Assembly (NCBI GenBank): GCA_964642015.1
Contig: CAZXLF010000005.1
Span: 139,847 to 203,846 of the forward strand
Source: an uncultured Planctomycetia bacterium
GTDB taxonomy: Bacteria > Omnitrophota > Gorgyraeia > 2-02-FULL-51-18
Length of the DNA stretch: 64,000 nucleotides
Direction of reading: 5' to 3'
Under the pieces are notes generated by a model. That model did no database searches. It worked only from the letters and a program-made list of their open reading frames with translations, and was not told where the DNA came from. The position numbers were made by a program, and so were the translations under genes. Below, piece after piece: positions 10,435 through 18,874 of this stretch; positions within the stretch are counted from its first letter, which is position 1, and each line of letters opens with the position of its first letter.

Positions 10435-11553
10435 TCACACCGATAATTCTGAAAAAACTGTCTCGGCAAAGAATTGTCCGCGGTCAGTTAGACGCAATTT
10501 GCCATTTTCTTCGCATAGCAAATCCTTATCCTTAAGAGAATCGATGCTGTCTTTTATCTGCTTGATCAACGGATGAAAACGCTTTATCTCTGCACCGTTC
10601 ATTAAGCGAAGCGCCAATAAAAAAGCTTCCCTCTCTCTTTTCTCGGAGATCAATTTTTCCTCTTCCGCGGCGGACCAGTCATTTTTTTCGATCTTTTTCA
10701 GATATTCTTCGTAACTTTTCGCAAACATGAACCGCCGTCCTTTCACATAGGAGAATGCTCCGGGACCCAAACCCAGGTATTCTTCGTTATTCCAATAGAT
10801 CTTGTTATGCCGTGACTCAAAACCTGGTTTTGCATAACTCAAAAGTTCATAGTGAAAAAACGCTGCTCGCTTTAAGGTATTTCGGGCAAGCGACAACATT
10901 TTTATCTGTAGATCTTCATCAGGAAGTTTCAGCTTTCCTTTTTTGAATAAATCCCCAAAAACCGTCCTTTCCTCGATTGTCAATTCATACAAAGAAACAT
11001 GCTGCGGCGCAAGACCGATTAATTGGTCCAAAGAATTTTTCACGTCATCCAGCGTTTCGCCAGGCAATGAAAGAATAAGATCCAAACTGATATTTTTGAA
11101 TCCGGCGTCTTTCAAAATTTTTACAGAAGATAAAATATCTTTTGCGCGGTGAGTTCGATTTATACGTTCTAACGTTTCATCGTGAAATGATTGAGCACCA
11201 AGACTGATACGGTTTATTCCTAGAGAAAAATAATTTTTTACTTTTTCTTGATCGATGTCTCCAGGATTGATTTCGCATGTGATCTCTGCAGAGCTTTTAA
11301 ATTTAAAATTCTTTTTCAGTAATCGAAAAAGATCAGCTGTTTCCGAGCGGCGCATCACCGACGGCGTTCCGCCGCCCAGATACAACGTATCGAACGAGAT
11401 TGCCGCGAAATCATTCTTATAGTGAAAAATTTCCTTTTCTAAAGCAGCCAAAAAATCCCGGTGATCCTGCAAAGCATTATTCGTTGTGATCACGAAATTA
11501 CAGTAGTGACATTTTTTGGTGCAAAATGGGATATGAACATACAAACCGATCAT
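10435..11553 (-). CDS. hemW: Radical SAM heme chaperone HemW
   Basis: YVHIPFC, CxxxCxxC (CTKKCHYC), GGGTPS, HNKIYW (HNxxYW HemW motif). Confidence 0.88.
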   Translation of the reverse strand: MIGLYVHIPFCTKKCHYCNFVITTNNALQDHRDFLAALEKEIFHYKNDFAAISFDTLYLGGGTPSVMRRSETADLFRLLKKNFKFKSSAEITCEINPGDIDQEKVKNYFSLGINRISLGAQSFHDETLERINRTHRAKDILSSVKILKDAGFKNISLDLILSLPGETLDDVKNSLDQLIGLAPQHVSLYELTIEERTVFGDLFKKGKLKLPDEDLQIKMLSLARNTLKRAAFFHYELLSYAKPGFESRHNKIYWNNEEYLGLGPGAFSYVKGRRFMFAKSYEEYLKKIEKNDWSAAEEEKLISEKREREAFLLALRLMNGAEIKRFHPLIKQIKDSIDSLKDKDLLCEENGKLRLTDRGQFFAETVFSELSV

Positions 11554-11726
11554 CGGAATCACTATAACTCAAAAATAAAATTCTTGCTTCTCTTTTCAGA
11601 GAATTTGTGATAGTAATAGTGGGTCAATTGACTGGGCTTCATGAGCCCAATAAAGGTCGACCGCAAATTTTCGCGGAGAAGGTCAAAGGAAATTAACCTG
11701 TTTTTAATATAAGGGAGAACATTACT

Positions 11727-11984
11727 GTGGCAAGAAAAGCAAATCCAGCGTTCATGAAACCGTTGCAGCCTAGCGAAGCACTCAGCAAAGTTGTCGGAAG
11801 CAAGGCGATACCTCGCACCGAAGTCGTCAAGAAGCTGTGGGCTTACATCAAGAAGAATGACCTTCAGGATAAGAAGAACAGAAGGAACATCAATGCGGAT
11901 GCGACCTTGAAGGCCGTATTCGGCGGCAAGTCCCAAGTGTCGATGTTCGACATGACTAAGCTGGTTTCTAAACACCTCTCATAA
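11727..11984 (+). CDS. Stand-alone SWIB/MDM2 domain protein
   Basis: FMKPLQPSEAL..VVG...RTEVVKKLWAYIKKNDLQD..NRRNINAD; GTG start with SD GGGAGA. Confidence 0.93.
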   Translation: MARKANPAFMKPLQPSEALSKVVGSKAIPRTEVVKKLWAYIKKNDLQDKKNRRNINADATLKAVFGGKSQVSMFDMTKLVSKHLS

Positions 11985-12004
11985 TAAACGTTCAAATCAG
12001 TAAT

Positions 12005-12035
12005 AAAAAAGGCGGCCCACAAAGCCGCCTTTTTT
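12005..12035. terminator. Bidirectional intrinsic terminator
   Basis: A6-GGCGGC-loop-GCCGCC-T6 between convergent SWIB and DUF2203 genes. Confidence 0.9.
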
Positions 12036-12053
12036 ATTTTTCTATTTTCTCGG

Positions 12054-12443
12054 TTATTTAGAATTCGGGAATAAATATTCCTTCGGGATGAGTTTCCTGC
12101 CGGCAAATCCTGAATCTACTTCATGATAATATCTCAGCTCATCTTCATCGCTGCGCCAGCAGAGGAATACATCCTTGCCGTCGATCACGCAGGGAAAATC
12201 AACGAGGCCGACTGAAAAATTCCAGTCTTTGTAAGAACATCCAATCGCTTCCAACTCTTCGAACAATTCTTCAAGCTGATCCATCAGACGAATGATTTCA
12301 GGATCATCCTGCGCATCGGTACCGATCTGAGCTGACAAAGCACGGATTTGATGACCTAGTTCCAGAATATCGGATACGACTTTTTTTACGAAGGGCAAAG
12401 TCTGATTAGCGTCCTGAGGTGTGAAGATTTTTACAGGCTGCAT
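12054..12443 (-). CDS. DUF2203 family protein
   Basis: FTPQDANQTLP...KD...GLVDFP...VFLCWR.DE..L.YYH....GFAGRK pattern. Confidence 0.85.
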   Translation of the reverse strand: MQPVKIFTPQDANQTLPFVKKVVSDILELGHQIRALSAQIGTDAQDDPEIIRLMDQLEELFEELEAIGCSYKDWNFSVGLVDFPCVIDGKDVFLCWRSDEDELRYYHEVDSGFAGRKLIPKEYLFPNSK

Positions 12444-12472
12444 ACGCGCGACACCTCCGTTAAGATGTGCTC

Positions 12473-13123
12473 TTAAGGGTGAAAATCGGACAAAAGATCC
12501 GACAATTCATCCATCTTCTTCAGAATTTTTTCCGGACAAGCCAGATTTTTTAATTCATTTCTGGAAGAATTTAAATTCATGATAAGCCGCTTGATGATCT
12601 GTGATTTCCTGTTTTCCTTTTCTTGCATCGAATCTTTTGGTGCGCTGCTTTTCAAAATATAGCGGATCTTATTTTTTACCTCTGCATCTTCTTTGACGTT
12701 ATCAAGAACTTCCTCACGAAGCGTCTGATAATCACGCTCCGTGATCCTGTCGCTCTGCTTCGCCAAACGCAATGCATTCACCGATTCGTAACTTGGAATA
12801 CGGCTTGGCTTTTGATCATCCGTCACTTGACGTTTTAAAAAAGCGGGCTCTTCATGCTCAAGGAATGAATAGGATTTCAGAAGCTTCATGGCTGTGGCCT
12901 GCTTGATGCCTATTTCTTTTGAACAATAAGCTTCGAAAGTAAGATATTCCCAGTCTTTGAATAGCTTGTCTTTATAAACAGTGAAAAGATATTGACCCAG
13001 TTCTATCCATGAACTTTTGAATCGACGGGCGGAATCCAGCACCTTGTAGCGCAGAGATTCCGGTTCAAGATCCTCCATGCGTTCTTCGATACGATGGATC
13101 GATTTGGTTTTTTGAAAGGTCAT
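12473..13123 (-). CDS. Hypothetical protein, possible DNA-binding (W.Y.TFEAYC..E.G motif)
   Basis: 216-aa co-oriented ORF; WIELGQYL and WEYLTFEAYCSKEIGI resemble DUF3102-like HTH proteins (tentative). Confidence 0.7.
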   Translation of the reverse strand: MTFQKTKSIHRIEERMEDLEPESLRYKVLDSARRFKSSWIELGQYLFTVYKDKLFKDWEYLTFEAYCSKEIGIKQATAMKLLKSYSFLEHEEPAFLKRQVTDDQKPSRIPSYESVNALRLAKQSDRITERDYQTLREEVLDNVKEDAEVKNKIRYILKSSAPKDSMQEKENRKSQIIKRLIMNLNSSRNELKNLACPEKILKKMDELSDLLSDFHP

Positions 13124-13147
13124 AAGGATTTATTTTACCACCCTCGG

Positions 13148-14458
13148 TCAACGATTCGAGCGGAATTTTTGCCCTCCGCCGTGGCCATGGCTTGAACCTC
13201 CCGAAGGCCGAAAATGTTTCTTCGGTCCGTGAAAAGAGCGATGAGATCCCTGCCCGCGGTGTTCACCACCGCGATGATGAGGTCTGGTATGGCCGTGATG
13301 CGGCGTCGCATGCGATGAAGCTTTGCGATAATTAAAATCCGGCAACGTTACTCGCGGAAGCCGCTGGTTGATCACACGCTCAATGTCTTTCACCATGTCC
13401 TCTTCGTCGGGTGAAACCAGTGAAAAAGCATCGCCAGTCGCTTCGGCTCGGGCAGTGCGTCCGATGCGGTGGATATAATCTTCCGGTGTTTGCGGAATAT
13501 CAAAATTAATGACATGTGTGATGTCTTTGACATCAATGCCGCGTGCGGCCACATCCGTAGCAACAAGTACCTGGCTTTTATTGCGTTTGAAGTTTTCAAG
13601 CGCCTTGGTGCGCTGCAATTGGCTCCGGTCACCGTGGATCACCGAGGTTCTGATACCGGCGCGTTCCAGCATATGTGCGAGACGATCCGCGCGAGATTTT
13701 GTGCGAGTAAAAACGATCACCGAATACATTTTCGTTCCGTGCTCATGGATCAGTCTTAACAAAAGCTCTGTCTTTTGATCATGCGAAACCGGGTAAACAG
13801 CGTGACGGATACCGGTGGGCGTGGTTGATTTTACTCCGACCTGCACCATAGCCGGATCGTGGCAAATCTGTTTGGCTAATGTCATGATCTCATCGGGGAT
13901 TGTTGCCGAAAAGATCAAATTTTGGCGTTTGGGTGGCAGAAGTGAAATGATCTTTCTAATGTCTGGTAAAAAACCCATGTCCATCATGCGGTCTGCTTCA
14001 TCAAGAACTAAGATCTCAAGCGCACCAAAATCGATCCTGCCTTCATAGACGTGATCTAAAAGTCGCCCCGGCGTCGCCGAGACGATATCCAATCCTTGAG
14101 CCAACGCTCGGATCTGAGGATTCATCGGAACTCCTCCGAATATCGCGTGGCCCCGTAAAGGCACATAACGTGAAAGATTTTGCAAATGCTCCATCGATTG
14201 AAGCGCCAATTCCCTCGTCGGTGCAACGATCAGCGCACGGATCCCTTTTTTATGCCGCGGCACTGAAAGAAGCTTATGCAATATTGGTAGAACAAACGCA
14301 GCTGTCTTTCCGGTCCCTGTTTGAGCCGAAGCGATCACATCGCGACCGGATAAAATTTTGGGGATACTCTCCTGTTGGACCGGCGTGGGACGGATAAATC
14401 CCAGATCATGAATACCTTTTAATAAATTCGGGTGAAGCCCTAAATTGTCAAATGACAT
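13148..14458 (-). CDS. DEAD-box RNA helicase (RhlE-like) with His/Gly/Arg-rich tail
   Basis: AQTGTGKT, PTRELA, DEAD, SAT, HRIGRTAR motifs. Confidence 0.95.
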   Translation of the reverse strand: MSFDNLGLHPNLLKGIHDLGFIRPTPVQQESIPKILSGRDVIASAQTGTGKTAAFVLPILHKLLSVPRHKKGIRALIVAPTRELALQSMEHLQNLSRYVPLRGHAIFGGVPMNPQIRALAQGLDIVSATPGRLLDHVYEGRIDFGALEILVLDEADRMMDMGFLPDIRKIISLLPPKRQNLIFSATIPDEIMTLAKQICHDPAMVQVGVKSTTPTGIRHAVYPVSHDQKTELLLRLIHEHGTKMYSVIVFTRTKSRADRLAHMLERAGIRTSVIHGDRSQLQRTKALENFKRNKSQVLVATDVAARGIDVKDITHVINFDIPQTPEDYIHRIGRTARAEATGDAFSLVSPDEEDMVKDIERVINQRLPRVTLPDFNYRKASSHATPHHGHTRPHHRGGEHRGQGSHRSFHGPKKHFRPSGGSSHGHGGGQKFRSNR

Positions 14459-14490
14459 GAAATTTCTCTTTCTATTTAAAATAAATTTAA

Positions 14491-14567
14491 TGGTGGGCGG
14501 TAAAGGACTCGAACCTTTGACCTTCTGAATGTAAATCAGACGCTCTAACCAACTGAGCTAACCGCCC
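14491..14567 (-). tRNA. tRNA-Val (anticodon TAC), CCA encoded
   Basis: GGGCGGTTAGCTCAGTTGG...TCTGA-TT-TAC-AT-TCAGA...GGTTCGAGTCC...CCGCCCACCA cloverleaf. Confidence 0.97.
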
Positions 14568-14651
14568 GAATCTATGTGTTGCGGTTAGCGAAGCGACCTC
14601 GATCCTTAAGGATCAACCCGCCGATGCTTTCTGGCGGGGAGCTAACCGCCC
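14568..14651 (-). repeat. tRNA-Val 5' leader element: 13-bp duplicate of tRNA 5' end, hairpins and antisense copy
   Basis: 14639-14651 is identical to 14555-14567; 14581-14589 is its inverted complement; internal CCCGCC/GGCGGG hairpin and GATCCTTAAGGATC palindrome. Confidence 0.8.
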
Positions 14652-14705
14652 ATTATAAAAAATGAGCAGATTAGTCTATCATATAACCTTTGGTTAAAGC
14701 CAATC

Positions 14706-15161
14706 TTAGGCAAGCCGCGTGTCGGAGGACGGGATCGACCGGGAAAGCTCAAGATCCTCGATATCATTTTCTGTCGGAAGACCGGTAGACTTTTCGTCTT
14801 CTTCGGTCCACGCGCCGACTTCCGTCAAAGCCGCGATCTCATCGGTCAATTGATTGCTGTTTGCTTGTGCCAGCTCGACTGTCTGGTTAGTAGGTGCTAC
14901 CGGCATACCGCGCATACCGATCGGTAATCTTAAGACTAGAATAGAACCAATGACCAATACAGTCATGACGGGCACCCATGCACGGACCCAAGATCTTTTC
15001 GGTTTGAATTGGATCTCAAGGCTTGGCTGTTTTTCACGGATGCGTTTTTCAACAGAAGCGGAAAAACCCTTCATGATGGCCGGCGGTACTTTTTGCTCGC
15101 GAACAGCCTTTAAACGCTCCATCAGCGATTTGTCCTGCTGATCAAAAAGTTCATTTGTCAT
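14706..15161 (-). CDS. Putative membrane anti-sigma factor
   Basis: Directly after the ECF sigma; short cytoplasmic N-terminus, single TM (WVPVMTVLVIGSILVL), acidic C-terminus. Confidence 0.7.
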   Translation of the reverse strand: MTNELFDQQDKSLMERLKAVREQKVPPAIMKGFSASVEKRIREKQPSLEIQFKPKRSWVRAWVPVMTVLVIGSILVLRLPIGMRGMPVAPTNQTVELAQANSNQLTDEIAALTEVGAWTEEDEKSTGLPTENDIEDLELSRSIPSSDTRLA

Positions 15162-15164
15162 GGG

Positions 15165-15755
15165 TTATTCTCCTATTGATATAAAGCCGCTTAAAAGTTT
15201 CTGCATTTTCTGTCCCGCCTGCCAAATATTGGCTTTCACAGCACCCAAACTCAACCCCATCGTTTCTGCGATCTCTTCGAGACTTAGACCCTCAAGATAT
15301 CTTAAACTAAACGCATTTCTTTGCTGTGCCGGTAGTTTATCAATCGCCTTAAAAATCTCGTTTCCTAACTCGCTATTCATCAAATTCTCAGCCGCTGTTT
15401 TCGTTTGACCGGCAATATTCATCAAAGGGTCATCTTCGTCATCCGTGCGATGGAACCAAAACGAAAGATGCTGTCTCACTTTCTTTTTTCTCAAAAAATC
15501 CTTGCACATATTCACTAGGATCCGGTAAAACCAAGTATAAAACCGGCTGTCAGCCCTGAAACTTTGAAGATTCTCATAAGCTTTCACGAAAGCTTCCTGA
15601 GCCATGTCGTGGGCATCTTCGAAATTGCCTAAAATAGAATAGGCAATATGGACTGCCCGCTCCTGGTAAATCTCGACTAGTTTTGAAAAAGAGCTTATAT
15701 TGCCATTACGCGCTTCTTCGATCAGCGCCGACTCTCTTGGATCAGCGTTCTTCAC
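15165..15755 (-). CDS. ECF RNA polymerase sigma factor
   Basis: DAHDMAQEAFVKAY, FYTWFYRILVN (region 2), LRYLEGLSLEEIAETMG (region 4); probable GTG start at 15755. Confidence 0.92.
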   Translation of the reverse strand: MKNADPRESALIEEARNGNISSFSKLVEIYQERAVHIAYSILGNFEDAHDMAQEAFVKAYENLQSFRADSRFYTWFYRILVNMCKDFLRKKKVRQHLSFWFHRTDDEDDPLMNIAGQTKTAAENLMNSELGNEIFKAIDKLPAQQRNAFSLRYLEGLSLEEIAETMGLSLGAVKANIWQAGQKMQKLLSGFISIGE

Positions 15756-16479
15756 CTTGCCGCCCACGTGCGCCACGATCGCGGAAGAATCCATTCCCAG
15801 CATTATCATCAGATCCATTGGCGCCATTGTCACCTTCCCGCCAACGATTCCTGCGAAAACCCTGACGCTGTCCAAACCTCGGATGATTCTGCATGAATTG
15901 CTGATAACGGTCTGGATTATTTTCCTTCATTTCTTCCAGCCTTCCGGTGCGATCCTGCATCGTTTGTCCGAACTTCTCAGGATCGTTTCTACGCACATTT
16001 CCCATTGTCTCGCGTCTTTGAAGTTTCTCCGCAAGCTTCGGATGTTCCTTCATAATTTGGTCATATTTCGCAGGATCACTTTGCTGCAAATTTTGAAGCT
16101 TCTGCATTTTATTCTGCATGATCTGCTGAAATTTTTCGGGATTCTGCTGTTTGAGTTTTTCGAGACGCTGTTGACGCACTTTACGGGTTATTTCCTGATA
16201 TTTTTGGGGATCTTTCTCTTTAAGTTCCTGAAGTTTCTCTTTTAATTTTTGCTTGCGGTCTTTAACAACTCTCTCGAACTCATCAGGATTTTCGGCCTTC
16301 AATCTTTTAAGCTCCTCTATCTTTGCTCGGCGGTCATTAGCAGAACCCTGGGCTGATTGCTGGTCAACGGATTGATTGAATGGCTGGTTTTCGTCGGCAT
16401 AGGCACAAGACAAGCCGATCCAGATCGAAAGAAGCTGGATCAAAAAAATTTTTGCAAATCGTCTATTCAAAAACCTCAT
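15742..16479 (-). CDS. Exported helical repeat protein (about six [ND]P-x-[KER]-[FY] repeats)
   Basis: SD GGAGGA before ATG 16479; signal peptide ending AYA|D; tandem repeats of about 22 aa. Confidence 0.75.
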   Translation of the reverse strand: MRFLNRRFAKIFLIQLLSIWIGLSCAYADENQPFNQSVDQQSAQGSANDRRAKIEELKRLKAENPDEFERVVKDRKQKLKEKLQELKEKDPQKYQEITRKVRQQRLEKLKQQNPEKFQQIMQNKMQKLQNLQQSDPAKYDQIMKEHPKLAEKLQRRETMGNVRRNDPEKFGQTMQDRTGRLEEMKENNPDRYQQFMQNHPRFGQRQGFRRNRWREGDNGANGSDDNAGNGFFRDRGARGRQGEER

Positions 16480-16522
16480 GGGCGGGTCCTCCTTAGCATT
16501 CCCCTTTTTAACCTTCACCCTA

Positions 16523-16550
16523 TTAGACGCAAATTATCAAAAAAAGATTA
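16523..16550 (-). promoter_or_regulatory. Candidate ECF-type promoter (TAATC-N16-CGTCTAA)
   Basis: CGTCTAA -10-like element upstream of the ECF operon; consistent with the autoregulation typical of ECFs. Confidence 0.4.
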
Positions 16551-16571
16551 AATTGATCAGTTCTATTTTAA

Positions 16572-16604
16572 ATCTTAAGTTGTTTAAATTCAATAACTTA
16601 AGAT
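16572..16604. repeat. AT-rich inverted repeat ATCTTAAGTTGTT...AATAACTTAAGAT
   Basis: 13-bp arms (one G-T pair) in the intergenic region after the PCD gene. Confidence 0.65.
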
Positions 16605-16617
16605 AAACCTCTAAAAA

Positions 16618-16980
16618 TTATCCATTCTTTAGAGCTTTTGGGAGCTTATCGATCTTAGCGGCTAGTATGAAATCGTTCTCCGAAAGTCCCCCGATCGCAT
16701 GTGTGCTAAGTTCAATCAAAAGTTTGCGGTATCCAGTCAAATGAATATCCGGATGGTGGTCTTCTTTTTCAGCCAGTTTGGCGATCCGGCCAACCAACTG
16801 AATAGCCGACGCAAAGTCTTTCATCACATAAGAAGTGCGGATAGATGTGATGTCAACAGAAGCAATCCAATCATCAAGATCTCTGATATGTTTTAGCACT
16901 TCCTCCTTTGACAAAGGAGCAGCACCGCCTTCACAAGGGATACATTTCTTTTTTGTCCAATCCATCTTCTTAGTTTTCAT
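16618..16980 (-). CDS. Pterin-4-alpha-carbinolamine dehydratase
   Basis: CIPCEGG N-terminus, AEKEDHHPDI, STHAIGGLSENDFILAAKID. Confidence 0.93.
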   Translation of the reverse strand: MKTKKMDWTKKKCIPCEGGAAPLSKEEVLKHIRDLDDWIASVDITSIRTSYVMKDFASAIQLVGRIAKLAEKEDHHPDIHLTGYRKLLIELSTHAIGGLSENDFILAAKIDKLPKALKNG

Positions 16981-16988
16981 GGAAAAAA

Positions 16989-18179
16989 TTACTTTAAGAT
17001 CACTAAACTGGAAGTGTAACCATGGACATAATTTTTATCGCCGATAGGTCCAATCTCTCCATTTGCGAAAAAACCGGCTAAAGGCAAAGGACCTTTCGCG
17101 GTCTGGATCATACGGATATCATGATCCGGTCTTCCATAAAGATTTTTTCCCCGTCCGCAGCAGCTCACTAAGATCGCGCCTTGAGGTGAACCATGATCCG
17201 TTCCGTGGAGATTGGCCAACAAAGCTTTCAGATCTTCCTCCGACGTTTCGGCGTCCCTCAATTGAAATTGGATCGTTTGGCCTACTTTGAGAGAAGAACC
17301 AATGATCAGAGCACCGCTGTCAGGGTCAAAACCCATGATATTCCGGATCAAAAAATCACCGCGCTTGAACGCCGTTTGATTTTCATTCATGACAAATCCT
17401 ACAAAAAGTGAATGCTCCGAAAGTTTTTTATCCTTTGCGGACAGTCCTTCCAAAACCTCGCGTGTGGCCACCAGCGCAGGTTTCCCCGCCAATTCATAAA
17501 GCACGTTATCTTCCGCTTTGGTGATCACGAACGGCTTACCGATCGGCCGGCATCCCTGAGAAACAATAGTTTCAAAAGAGATATTCCCTGTCAGTGCCAC
17601 GCCGACGGCACCATTGTCATAAATATTCCCATTCAGGCAAAGCCAGTTTGGCATGTTCATGACGCCGCCGCTGGCAAGCCCCCCGATCACCGGGGAGCCT
17701 TTGTACGCATGATTAAAATTATTCAGTAACCTTGAAATATCGCAGCTCGACGGGTCGGCAAAAGAAATAAAATGCGGTTTATCAGTAGGATAAATATCCA
17801 ACAGTTTAATCAGTTCCGTGCCATTTTCTACGCTATTTGCCTCGTCGCCGGAAATATAAAAAGTATTAAGACGTACGCCGGGAAGATGCATCGCGAGTAC
17901 AGAGATCGCCGGTTCAAGTTCAATCTCGACCTCATCTCCGATCACACCGCTGGAATTGCAGCCGATCATAATTCGGCATAAAAGTTCTTCATTTAAAAGT
18001 TGAGAAAATGTCTTAGCATCGAAATCCTTGTAGGTCTCGGATACAAAAAAAACGGCCAAGTCACAGGACTTGCCTTGAAATTCTTTCTTGATCTTGGAAG
18101 CAAGCACCTGGATCTCTTTTTTCCAGTTCCTGCCTTTAGAAAAACCTGATAAAAATATTTTATTGTCTGTAGGTTCCAT
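16989..18179 (-). CDS. FIST N/C domain protein
   Basis: GCNSSG, IGGLASG, VSQGCRPIG, SCCGRG, GFFANGEIGP motifs. Confidence 0.9.
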   Translation of the reverse strand: MEPTDNKIFLSGFSKGRNWKKEIQVLASKIKKEFQGKSCDLAVFFVSETYKDFDAKTFSQLLNEELLCRIMIGCNSSGVIGDEVEIELEPAISVLAMHLPGVRLNTFYISGDEANSVENGTELIKLLDIYPTDKPHFISFADPSSCDISRLLNNFNHAYKGSPVIGGLASGGVMNMPNWLCLNGNIYDNGAVGVALTGNISFETIVSQGCRPIGKPFVITKAEDNVLYELAGKPALVATREVLEGLSAKDKKLSEHSLFVGFVMNENQTAFKRGDFLIRNIMGFDPDSGALIIGSSLKVGQTIQFQLRDAETSEEDLKALLANLHGTDHGSPQGAILVSCCGRGKNLYGRPDHDIRMIQTAKGPLPLAGFFANGEIGPIGDKNYVHGYTSSLVILK

Positions 18180-18190
18180 TGTTTACAAGA

Positions 18191-18865
18191 TCATTTTACC
18201 ACAAATAAAAATCCAAGATAGGTTTTCATGTCAGGATCGTAAGTCTTAGAACTCATTCTCGCGGACTCATCGGCACTGCAATCGACATCAGATCTTACAA
18301 CGAGCTTTTTTGGCGGTGATGAACGATGATGAACACGCGCGATGATCTCTTGTCCCAAATAACAGCCTTTCGTGTAAGACACAAATTCTTCATCACCAAC
18401 ATTCAAAAGAAGCTCTTCGTCATAATCGATTCCCTGGAAAGGGATATTATTCTTTAATCGAAAAAGGGTGAACTCTTCATCAGTCACATTGGAAGAAATA
18501 TTGCGGTAAGTTAAGATAAGACTGCCCTTTCTCTCCAAGATGATGTATTCGCCTTTACCCTCTTTAAAATCCCCGTCCAAATCATAGTATACATTCAAAT
18601 TTTCATCAGAAAAGGTTGTATCGGTCAATTGCAGGTATTTTCGAAGATGATTCATCAGACGTTCTAAATATTGTTTTTCTATAACGATCAATGCTTCTTC
18701 GTCATTTAAGATTAATTGATCAAAAACAGCGACGATCTGGCCTTTAATATTTAAAAACGCATTTCTTGGCTTATCCAAAGAATTAGAAGAATACGCTTTT
18801 AAAAATTCAGAGGCTTTGTTTTGAATTCGAAGGGTTGATTTATTTTTTAGCGGGTAGATTCTCAT
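18191..18865 (-). CDS. Folate-binding YgfZ/CAF17 family protein (compact)
   Basis: KGCYLGQE signature. Confidence 0.88.
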   Translation of the reverse strand: MRIYPLKNKSTLRIQNKASEFLKAYSSNSLDKPRNAFLNIKGQIVAVFDQLILNDEEALIVIEKQYLERLMNHLRKYLQLTDTTFSDENLNVYYDLDGDFKEGKGEYIILERKGSLILTYRNISSNVTDEEFTLFRLKNNIPFQGIDYDEELLLNVGDEEFVSYTKGCYLGQEIIARVHHRSSPPKKLVVRSDVDCSADESARMSSKTYDPDMKTYLGFLFVVK

Positions 18866-18874
18866 TAATAAATT

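Noticed and set aside
11562-11975. 137-aa minus-strand ORF
   Set aside because: It is antisense to the SWIB gene, which has the family motif, an SD and a terminator.
14568-14651. Second tRNA gene or tRNA intron
   Set aside because: The element lacks T-loop, anticodon arm and CCA, and the downstream tRNA is complete and uninterrupted.
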